DNA of 64,000 nucleotides, taken from Octopus sinensis (lineage: Eukaryota). Of the stretch, positions 37,801-50,100 are shown piece by piece. The position numbers and the translations under genes are program-made. The notes under the pieces were generated by a model. It was not told the origin of the DNA. It did no database searches and saw nothing but the letters and a program-made list of their open reading frames with translations. The DNA is taken from NCBI RefSeq assembly GCF_006345805.1, contig NC_043011.1, positions 52,278,464 through 52,342,463 on the forward strand, written 5' to 3'. Each line of letters opens with the position of its first letter. Position 1 is the first letter of the stretch.

Positions 37801-40800
37801 CTCACATTTTGAAGAGTTCTTCATTACTATTATTATCATAATTTTATGTCCATTTTCTATGCTAATATTGGTTACACAGATTGTTATGGTTTGAGTGAGT
37901 TCCTATTCAAATTACTTCTCTCCTAAGTATTGTTGGGGGATCATTCATTGCTTGTCTATTTCATTTTTGGTATGGTTTCTCTGGCTTGATGCCCTTCCAA
38001 ACACCAACCATCATCTGGTAATGAGTTCAACTCCTGGTCTGGGTTGTGTGTTGTGCTCTTGAGCAAGACACTTTATTTCACGTTGCTCCAGTTCATTCAG
38101 CTGTAGAAATGAGTTGCAATGTCACTGGTACCAAGCTGTATCGGCCTTTGCCTTTCCGTTGGATAACATCGATGGCATGGAGAGGGAAGGCTGGTATGCA
38201 TGGGTGACTGCTAGTTTTCCATAAACAGCCTTGCCCAGATTTGTCCTGAAGGGGTTTTTACCCTTTACACTGACAGAGTAATCTGAATGCTAAAGGGTTT
38301 ACCACATTCAAATTCTTGATTAATTTTCCAAATTAATTAAAACTTATAAGCATTGAGAATATTGATTCTTCACATTGTCATAGGGCCTAGAATTTATGTA
38401 AGTACAATCACTTAGGTTGACTCTAGTACTTAGTTGGTACTTTTATCCAATCTAGAAGGACAAAAGACAAAGTTGACCCTGGTGGAACCCTTTGGTTCCT
38501 ATTTTACTTGGATGGACCTCCTAGCCATTCAATGTTTTAAAAAAATCCCATTATATTTTTATAATTAAATATTATTAGGCACTGCTTTAAACAAAATTTT
38601 AATATTTTGTGTATCGTAGAAGTATAACCAATAACAAAACTGTATGTGGACCCTCAACAAAACTTTATGTGGACCCTCAAGATTCTACCAATCCACCATC
38701 CTTATTTTCATATGAAATATAAATATTCTCAACTTTATCATGGGATATGTTAATAGCATTGGCTATTTGATTTATAGTCAATTGCCTGTTATCCATCACC
38801 ACGTGGTGAACACAATGTTTTTCTTGATAGTGGCAATTGTGGGACATCCAGACCTTGGGTCATCATCGAGACTCTCCCTTCTCTTTTTAAATCCAGCTGC
38901 CCACCTTTGCACTGTTGATAAAGCTGGAATGTCATTCCCTAATGTAGCAACCAAGTCAGCATGAATGTTCTTCAGAGCTAACCCCTTTTCTGCAAGTGCT
39001 TAATAACACCACGATGCCAAATTTTTTTTCATTTTCAAGAGAAGTCACTACTAGTTACTTTCAAAGTGTTCTTTGAACAGTCAGATGTAGACTTACCTGG
39101 AAAGAAACAATGCAGCTATTAATAAAGATGAGATGAAATTAATGCCTGCAAGATTTTCAAAGCTCTAGCGTCACTCCTTCATAGTCGGCCTATGAAATTT
39201 TAAACCCACCCTTGTATTATGTTAAATGGGTTGTTTCTTGGAAAAGACACGAATGAAGCTTATTGGTGCTATATTTTGATGAAGTGGACTTACACCACTG
39301 CCACTGCTACTACTACTGCTACCACTACCACCAATTCTGCTACTACTACCACCACAAACAAATTCTATTACCACTACTACTACTACTTCAGTTGCTATTT
39401 TTTTTCTGGTAGGTGTAGTTAAGGAGAGTAAAAAAAAGCTACCATTCATCAAAGACATGTAACTTATTTAGCTCTGGTTTCATAACATTAGCAGAAATGG
39501 GGTAAATCAACCCCTGGGTAAGAAGTCCATTTATCATGAATGACAGTGACATTCACACAAGACCTGATATTTATTTTCTCACAGATCTTTGTAGAATTAG
39601 TCATTGCTCAAATATACAACCAAATGACAGGATTTGAAACCTTCATCCTTGAATTTGTAAGCCAATATATGTTCATCTTCACCGCTTTACCATTTCTACC
39701 ATTCCATACATTTTCCTTTTGCAATGTTTTCTTTCATTTCATGGAATATTTTTTAATTCTTTAATATATATTTTCTTATTGAGTTTTATTGAAATGAGCA
39801 AAAAAAAAGTCTTTTACAGTATGGTGAAGCTTAACACCTAATCATTAATCACCTCATCTTTAAAATGTTTAGTTGTTTTCTAGATGAAATGTATTATTGC
39901 TATGTTATTTCACTTATAATCTCGACTACTGGATTTTCTGTTTGTCTTTTATTTCGTATAGTCTTCTTTTACGTTTTATCTTAGGTAACAGTTTTGCTTT
40001 TGAGCTGTTAACTCAGTTGACCCTTTACTATTCAAATTACTCTGTCGAGCATAATGCTTACTTCTTATTCATATTGTTTCGAATTAATCAACCATTATCT
40101 TGTAGCTTCAGGATTTTGAAAATGCAACAGTTTATTTCTAGAATGACAGTGTTGGGTAGGTGTGAGAGGCTGGATGTGGCCAGTTTCAACATAAAACAAG
40201 TAGAATATTTGGACCAGATATGGTCAGTTCAAATGCTAAAGGGTTAACAGTCTTTCTTTTGAGCTGTTACCTTAGCTAACAGACTTTCTTAGGGGCTGTT
40301 TCCTGAACTATCTTTCACTTTGTTATAGAGATGAGTCTCTCTATTATAATGTTACCACAGATAAGTCTCTCTGTTATAGAGTTATCTCAGGTCTCTCTAT
40401 TGTCCTTTAACCCTTTAGTATTTAAACCGGCCATATCCAGCCAAAATAGCTAATCTGTTTTATGTTCAAACTGACCAGATCCAGGCTCTCACACCTACCC
40501 TACAATGTTATTCTACATTAAGTAATTACACCATCAAGATCTTGAAGATATGAGATAATGCATGATTAATTCAAATCAATGGGAATCAATAGGCATTATG
40601 TTTGATTAAATAATCTGAACACTAAAGGGTTAAGCAGCTGCAGACAATGCTCACAATGCTACTCAGAGTATTTCCATCTTCAATTTAACTTCAGTAGATC
40701 CTCAGTTTTATGTTGTGTGTTCCTGCCAATTCTGTCAATGTAATTGAGTGACTTTGTCCTCTGTTAGGATGCAGAAGTCTCCAAAATATAACATTTGATA

Positions 40801-43800
40801 TGATTTGGTGTTCAGCTCTATAACAGTTGCCAGCAAAGCCCACCCTGTATGAATAACAGTCATAGAGTTGGGTGGACTGTGTCCATAAGTTTTCTCTTTG
40901 GTCTTGTACTCATGCCATGAGATATTTTGAGCCCTCATGAAATAGTACATACATGCCATGAAGGCAATCTTGAAACTCCTTCATGTGAAGAGAAGCTCAC
41001 ACTTACTTTGTACCAATCTCTTTATCGTAATGTTAACTCAGTCTTTCTGTTGTAATGTTACCTCAACTGCCAACCATTCTCCTAATGTTACCGTAACTAA
41101 CAATTTCTCTATTATAATGTAAATTCAACTACCAGTCTTCTTATTGCAGTGTTAACCAAACTCATAGTGTCACCTCAATAGTTAGCCTCTCTCTTACACT
41201 GTTACTTCAGTTAACAGTCCCTGTTATAGTGGTACTGCCACTTCTCTCTTAAAACGTCACTTAACTAGGTGTCTTTACTACAGTACCAGCATCGCCTTAC
41301 TACCTATTTCTTTATTACCCACAAGGGGCTAAACATAGAGGGGACAAACAAGGACAGACATAGGTATTAAGTCGATTACATCGACCCCAGTGCGTAACTG
41401 GTACTTAATTTATCGACCCCCGAAAGGATGAAAGGCAAAGTCGACCTCGGGTGAATTTGAACTCACAACGTAATGGCAGACGAAATACCGCTAAGCATTT
41501 TGCCTGGCGTGCTAACGTTTCTGCCAGCTCGCTACCTTACTACCAGCATCACCTTATTGGCACCTGTGCTACCAGCGTCGCCTTACTGGCACTTGTGCCG
41601 GTGGCATGTGTAAAAAGATTCGAGCGAAGTCATTGCCAGTACCGCCTGACTGGCCTCCATGCAGGTGGCACGTAAAAAGCACCGACTACACCCTCAGAGT
41701 AGTTGGCGTTAGGAAGGGCATCCAGCTGTAGAAACTCTGCCAGATCAAGATTGGAGCCTGGTGCAGCCATCTTGTTCGCCAGCCCTCCGTCAAAATCGTC
41801 CAACCCATGCTAGCATGGAAAGCAGATGTTAAACGATGATGATGATGATGATGATGAGCACTACCTAAAGTTTATTACTACAATGTAGGATTATAGATTG
41901 CATAAGTTATCTTAACACTACCACCACAACCACCACCACCACCACCACTACCAAAGGTTTACCTGAACTACAATACCTACAATAGAGTTTATTTTCAACC
42001 ATAAAACTACTGACACATTACCCCACCCCACCCCCCACCCCACCCCCATAGTTGCTTTAACACTGCTGTAGATTGGAAATGTCACTGCCACACCCATTCA
42101 TAAAAATTTTATCAAATTACTCCTGGTGCCAAGGAATCACCGATTCCACTTGAGATGGAACCTGCAGTTATTTTGGCAGCCACAGAAAAGAATATTTTCT
42201 TCTTTAACAGCATCTTTATTCTTTAATACCAATTATCATATTGCTTCTCATCTTTCTTCCCTTTTTTTTTTCTTTCATCCCATTTTTTTTTCTCTCTTTC
42301 TTGCTCGCTGCTTCTTCTGCCTCCTGTTCTCCTCCTTTGCATTCTTCTTCTTCTTCTTCTTCTTCTTCTTCTCGTCCTTCTTCTTCTCGTCCTTCTTCTT
42401 CTTCTTCTTCTCGTCCTTCTTCTTCTTCTTCTTCTTCTTCTTCTTGTCATTCATTCATTCACAACAACAGTGAAAAAAACTAAGCTTTTTGTGTCTCCTC
42501 CACCACCAACCCTGTATATTCATATCCAAACTTTCTAGACTGCAGGTATATAGGGAAGAGATAAAGGACCCCTATAAGAAGAACCCCTACAGTAGTGCAC
42601 CAGTGTATCTGCACTACACCTTTTCTAAACCACTGATTTAAGCTGTACTGTCTATATTTCATAACCTTTTCCATCTCTATCAGTTGTTCACTTTAAGTAT
42701 GGTGTCTGCTCTTTATAACAGCACATAACAAAGAAAGACAATATGTTTCTTTTTAATGATTGCTATGTTTAGTGAAATATGAGAGTTGTACAGTCTGCAA
42801 GAGTTTTTATTAAGTATCATAAATGTTACATCAATTATCTTGCTTCTGAAACGTAATAGAATAGTGTAATAGTTTTTTAAAAAGCCTCTACAGTGCAAGT
42901 TCAGGAATAAACTGTGAACAGAAGCACACCCAATGGTTTTGTGTGTGTGTGTGTCTGTCTGTCTGTCTTTAACATTTACTTGTTTCAGTCATTGGCCTGC
43001 GACCATGCTGGGGCACAACCTTTAAGTGTTTAGTCAAACAAATTGTCCCCGGCACTCGTTTTTAAACCTGATACTTATTCTGTTAGTCTCTTTTGCTGAA
43101 CCACTAAGTTATAGGCCTATAAACAAACAAACACATCAAGCAGTGGTGGGGGACAAACACAAAGACACACACACATACAACAGGCTTCTTTCAGTTTCCA
43201 TCTATCAAATCCACCTCACAGGGCTTTGACTAGCCTGAGGCTACAGCAGAAAACACTTGCCCAAGACTGAACCAAAAATCACACAGTTGAGAAGCCAGCT
43301 TCTTAACCACACAGCCCCACCTGCATATATGCTATTTACCTTTTGTTTCAATTCAAAAAAGTGTCTTCACAAGATAACATTGAAAGTGTTAGGTCCATTT
43401 CCACAGATATAACAATATATATATATATATATATTGGCCTGCTCGCTTAGCCAGCGGGGTGGCGTCATTTGAAGGCTAAAACAATGCGAACGCATTGTGA
43501 CCAGCGATGTGTAACAACATCTGATGGTTTGGTCGGTCCCATGATCCCGTGATATATATATATATTAGATCATCGTTTTTAGCCTCCACCTTTCTATGCT
43601 CATGTGTGTTGGACAAATTTCTTGAAGTAGATTTCTATGGCTGGATGTTCTTCCTGTTTCTAACTCTCACCTGTCTCCAAGTAAATTGTTTTGAATTAAT
43701 CAACAATTATCTTGTAGCTTCAGGATTTTGAAGATGCAACAGTTTATTTTTAGAATGACATTGTTGGGTAGGTGTGAGAGGCTGGATGTGGCCAGTTCCA

Positions 43801-46800
43801 ACATAAAACAAGTGGAATATTTGGACCAGATATGGTCAGTTCAAATGCTAATGGGTTAACTGCTAAAGGATTAATAGCCATGGTGTGACAAATATTTTTG
43901 CAAAAGATTAGAAGTGAAATTCACCACTTGTATCCTCATTTATGACTACTTTTACACTCACACGTTTTCTAATTTGTAAACTCTACTCTTTTATTTCAGC
44001 TGAACTTGGGGACTTTGACCCTGAGGTCCACACACCAGGTTTCATATCTGAATTTCGTTTTGTACCCAACCAAACTGAAGAAATGGAGATAGAGATTTAT
44101 AAACAATACCAAAATGTCGGGTAAGGATTTTAAAGTTTTCTGTTCGAAAGCATTCATGTTTATTTCCTTTAACATACAGGCCCGACTAATCAAGTACCAT
44201 AAAGATCAGCTAACACTGTTATTTATTCTAGCAGGTCACATGTGACCTCATTGACATATTACTACCAGAAGCAGGACAAAATCTCAAAGAAATTCACATT
44301 TATCTAAAAGTGATCATTTCATCATTTTTTTTGTCAGTGACATGCAAAAGACACTTGTGCTGATGGCACATAAGAGGCACCTGTACCAGTGACATATGAA
44401 AGGCACTCTCTACACTTTGTGTAGTGGTTGGCATTAGGAAGGGCATCCATCTACAGAAACCAAGCCAAATCAGACTGGAACCTAATACAGCTCTCTGGCT
44501 TACCAGTTTCAATCAAACTGTCCAACTTATACCGGCATGGAAAACAGACACTAAATGATGATGACGATAATGATGATGATGGTCACCTAAAGATATCTAA
44601 TTCCATTAGCATTTTGAGTGCTGAAAGATTAGTTACTGCTGTCCAGCTGTCCTTATAGTTATTTGGTCACTATGTTGACCAGTGGGTGCTTTAGTTTCTG
44701 CTACGACAAAACTAAAGCCTATTAAAGTGACCTATATACCACTAATTTAGACTTTTATACTTGACATTCATCTCTGTCTCTCTAATCACAAATTAGCACC
44801 TTTAATTAGTCTAAACATCTACACTTGGTACGAATTCTCTCCCACAAAATATCTTTCAGAAGAGCTGTAACAATGCATTGACATTTGAAGACCAATAATT
44901 GCTTATTGCGCCACTACCATCTTGGCTAACAATCAACTCACAGATAAAACCCTCATATTTTAATTATCTCAATTAGTCATTGCTAAAAGCCCCCAACATC
45001 CTCAATTACATATCACAGTGTATAGATGGCTTTATTTTTCTCCCACTTCTCTCTGAACTTAATTGCTTTCTGTCTTCATATTTGAAGTTCTGAGTTTATC
45101 TTCCTTCTATCTTTAACTTGTTTTAGTCATTGGACTGCAGCCATGCTGGGGTACTGCCTTAAAGAATTTTAGTCAAACAAAGCTTTTGTATAACATGATA
45201 TTGCAAGGAGACTTTGTTTCCTTTTCTTTTTTTGTTCAAAGTCCATTAAACAGCTTGCTCTAGACAAAACATTAATCTGCACCCATTGGTATGACTACGG
45301 CTCAGAAGTTCAGGGGTTTCAGTCACTGCTGAGCCATCACTATTTCCATGTCTGTCTGACCTAGGGTGGTGGCACCTTTCAAAGGCCCCACTTATAGGTC
45401 AAATAGCAAAAGATGGTCCCAGGATGGTAGTATTTATGAAAGTCCCTGTTTATGAGCCAAATGATAGATATCCCAGGGTGGTAGTACCTATCAGAAGCCC
45501 CATTTATGCATCAAATAACAGATGGTCATATGGGCAAGGTATGTAGTACTTCAAAGAGGACTGGCCATCTAGACATGTGTCACATTGGCCCAACAATATG
45601 GTCATTCCTCCTGCTTAAGAGTTAAACTACATCGAAGAGGCCAAGGAACAGAAGAAAGAAGAAGAAAGAAGACATGCACTCAACACCAGATCTGAAGACA
45701 CCTCTGAAAGTGGGGGCCCTGCCACGTCAAAATGGTAGAGGAGTAGGGGCTGAAACCGGATGTGGTTCCTCCTGATGATGTCTTGAGCTAACTGGATCCT
45801 ATAAAGGAGCTGTTGTGGTAGCAGACCACGAAGCATGGTTGAAATTCCTCAGGCCCTATACGTCAAAAGTAAGTTTGGGAGAACAGGGGACTAGCAGAGA
45901 AATTTAAATAAACCAGCCAAAAGTAATAGTAAACCATTGTTGTAGCTTTTGCAAGAAAAATCCACAATCTTCAGACCTTGGGATGGAGGACCATAATTGC
46001 TGAGGCCTATAATCATAGCATATGAAGACAGAGAAAGATCAAGTGTCACTTAAAAACCAATGATGTGTCACTGCTGATATACTTGTCATAGGTTCACAAT
46101 CATTAGACCATATCCTCTAACAGTGTCTCTTGATACTCAAACTGACCTTCACCTAGTGTATCAATCTCCAGTTAACTAATGAATTTTGTGTACTTTATAT
46201 GCCCTTGTTGTCAAACTGACCAAGTTATATCTGGTCTCCAGCCCACCGCCTGCAATTCACTGTCACCTTAATGCCTTGTAAATGCTACACTCAGTCGTTA
46301 CCTACTACAGCTATTTTTCTACATCATCCCCCTAAACCCCACATCATCCCTACCAACTATTTACTCTCTACAACTTCACCTTTCATCAAAACGTACCCTC
46401 TTTCAATTACTGTCTATTGACTCTTCACATTAGCACATGATCATAATTATGTAGGTAAGAAACGATTAGTTTGATCAACCTCATTAAATGTCGAGCACTT
46501 GGTTCATTAACTTACTGGTCCAATGAAGGCACATGGCTTAGTGGTTAGGGTATTCAGCTCACAACCGTAAGGTCATGAGTTCAATACCCAGCAGTGCAAT
46601 GTGTCCTTCAGCAAGACATTTTATTTCATGTTGCTCCAGTCTACTCAGCTAGCAAAAATAAGTAGTATTTGTATTTCAAAGGGCCAGCCTTGTCACATCT
46701 TGTGTCATGTTGAATCTTCTTGAGAACTATGTTAAGGATATGCATATCTATGGAGTACTCAGCCACTTGCATGTTAATTTCATAAGTGAGCTGTTCTGTC

Positions 46801-47080
46801 GATCGGACCAACTGGAACTCTCATTGTTATAATCGATGGCGTGCCAGCAAGTTAACTTACTGGCCTAGGGAGGTGAAAAGCAGAGTGAACTCCAGTACGA
46901 TTTCTTAAGCAATCTATAGGCATAGGAGTGGCTGTGTGGTAAATAGCTTGCTTACCAACCACATGGTTCCGGGTTCAGTCCCACTGCGTGGCACCTTGGG
47001 CAAGTGTCTTCTACTATAGCCTCGGGCCGACCAAAGCCTTGTGAGTGGATTTGGTAGACAGAAACTGAAAGAAGCCCGTC

Positions 47081-47125
<45 letters not shown>

Positions 47126-50100
47126 CGTGTGTGTTTGTGTGTCTGTGTTTGTCCCCCTAGCATTGTTTGACAACCGATGCTGGTGTGTTTATGTCCCCGT
47201 CACTTAGCGGTTCGTTAAAAGAGACCGATAGAATAAGTACTGGGCTTACAAAGAATAAGTCCCGGGGTCGAGTTGCTCGATTAAAGGTGGTGCTCCAGCA
47301 TGGCCGCAGTCAAATGACTGAAACAAGTGAAAGAGTAATCTAGAATGTATAAAGAGGGAACTAAATCCAAATGCTATAAACTGTTTATTTTGGTGTGCTC
47401 TCATTCCTCTTCCCCCTTCTCTTCTTTGTCTTTTAACTATTCCTGTTAAACCATCTAAAACTAAATCTTAACCATCCTAACAAACATCTACCTTTTAATG
47501 TTGGGTGGAGTTACATGGAGTTAAATGACATCCTGTCCAGCTCTGTATCAGCCCACCCTTAACTGTCTGTTATAGCTGTAATATAATATAGTTAGCTTGA
47601 TTTATCTTCTAATAGCTTAGAAATTCTAAACAACTCTGCTTTCTTTCACCAACCAATGAACAAATTCTTCCATTGCTATTTCGGCTTTTGTAGTAAAAGC
47701 TATTTTTCCCTGATGAGACCAGAATAAGATGGAAGCATGTCCCAAGCTATCTCCTGTATTTGCTGGAAAAATATGAAATTTTTATTATCATTTCTTATAG
47801 TCACTGATCATTTGTTTCAAGGAGAAAATACTGCCTTCTCTCTAATATCTGTCTTTATTTCATCCTAGTCTAATAACGGCTTATCACTATTGTCTTTGAT
47901 CTCTACCTTTTCCTCTTCTTCTTTCTTACAGTGGTTTAACTCCTGCCCAATCAGAGCTGGCTTACTTGAACAAAGCAAAATGGCTAGAACTGTATGGTGT
48001 TGATATGCACATTGTCATTGTAAGTAAATCTTTACCATTTATTTCTTTGGGAGAAAAGATGAAGGTGAGAGGAAGAATATTTACTCTTATGTCTATGTGT
48101 GGTGTTGGAGCAAACATGGTTAAGTTAAATCATTGTTGTCTTGACCCCCAGCTCAGCCTCAGTCCAGTAGATCTTTACTCAGCAGTATTCTGCTTCTGGA
48201 TTTTGACTATATGGCTATTTATCAGATTCAGTCCCACCGTACAGTACTTTGAGCAAGTGTCTTTTAGTATTATCCTTAGACCAACCAATACTTTGTGAGT
48301 GAATTTGATAGGCAAAAACTGTGTGGAAGCCTGTCTTTGTGTGTTGTGTGTGTGTGTGTGTAATTGTGTTTGTATTTCACTGCTTGACAAGAGGTGTTGG
48401 TTTGTTTATACCCCTATAACTTAATGTTTCAGTAAAAAGAGACTAATAGAATAGTTCTTTAAAAAAAAAAAAAGATGAGTGGTCCTTCCCAAGCCAGAGA
48501 CTTATAAGGCTAGATTTCCAGATTCTGTAGTGTATATATCTCTCCACCTGGACAGGATGCTAGTCCATTGCAGGATTACTCATTTTTTTCCAGCTGAGTG
48601 GACTAGAGCAACATGAAATGAAGCGTTTTGCTCAAGAACACAATGCAATGCTTCACACAGTCTAGGAATCGGAAAACCACAATCTTACAACTCTAACCAC
48701 TAAACCAGTGCTTTTCAAACTTTTTGCTGGAGCGGAACCCCAAGAAAACATTTCACTGGCTCGAGGAACCCCTGTGCAATAATTTAATTGTCCTATGCAC
48801 ATATATCTGCACAGGAGAATTAAAAATTACTGTCGATTTTAGCATTTTTGTAACTTCTTGTGGAACCCATGGACTGTACTGGCGGAACCCTAAGGTTCCG
48901 CGGAACCCTGGTTGAAAACCACTGCACTAAACCATGTGCTTCCATGATAGAATAAGTACCAGACTGAAAATAAGCACTGAAGTTGATATGATAGACTAAA
49001 CTGTTCGATGCAGTGCTCCAGCATGGCTGCAGTCCACTCACAAACAGAAGTAAAAAAAAATTTTAAAGTGTATTTAGAAACACATCATTCCAGTTTTGAG
49101 ACATGTGTGTCCCAAGAAAGGGAATATGTCTTCAGCCTCTTGCTTAGCCTTTTCCTGATATGAGAAACTACTGTACCCAACCTTTGGTTTATTATTCTTT
49201 GTAATTGTTTGGAATTTATACTCCTCTGCCAATATTCATAATCCAGGAAAGTGAACCCAGATTTACCCATCGGAAAAATTACTGCAGCGTTGATCATACT
49301 AAGCAATCGTTGATGTTTATTACTACTTGATGTGGTTAACTGAAACCTGGAATATAGCTGAGAGCTATTATATGATATAGACTAAACTGTTCAATGCAGT
49401 GGTCCACAGTGACTGCCGTCCACTTACAAACACAAGTAAAAAAAATAATAATAATAGTGTATTCAGGAGCACATAATACGATTTTTAAGACCTAAGTAGT
49501 ATTTAGCTGCTCTTTCTTGCAGGCTGAGTGACCACAACGAGAGACTGTTATTGATTCAAGTGTTGTGCAAGTTGACCTTGGTTTAGTAAGTTTATGCTCA
49601 GAGGCATCCCAGCTGTGACTACTCAGTCTTTTTTGGAGTATGTTCATGTACAATAGCTAATAGAAGACACTTGCCCTAGGTGCCACGCAGTGGGATTGAA
49701 CCTGAAGCCATGTGATTGCGAAGCAAACTTCTTACCATACAGCCATGTCTGCACCTATTATATATACTCAGACATGTATACACATACATACATACATACA
49801 TATCTATATATATATATATATATAAAGACAGACAAACGGATTAAGTCGATTACATCGACCCCAGTGCATAACTGGTATTTAACTTATCGACCCCGAAAGG
49901 ATTAAAGGCAAAGTCGACCTCGGCGGAATTTGAACTCACAACGTAACGACAGACGAATTACGGCTACGCATTTCGCCCGGTGTGCTAACGTTTCTGCCAG
50001 CTCGCCACCTGTTTTAAACATACCCTCAGATAGCACTGTACTGTGTTGAACACATAGTCAGCGAAATATATAACGTAGTTCATGATTTCCAGGGATGGAA

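Noticed and set aside
45560-46070. GC-richer block with ORF 45627..45836
   Set aside because: No recognisable protein motif in the frames I examined; probably a decayed retroelement but I cannot classify it.
46922-47000. tRNA-like sequences with A and B boxes (also near 27876, 52101, 61091)
   Set aside because: These are SINE heads continuing into a shared body; no complete cloverleaf, so not tRNA genes.
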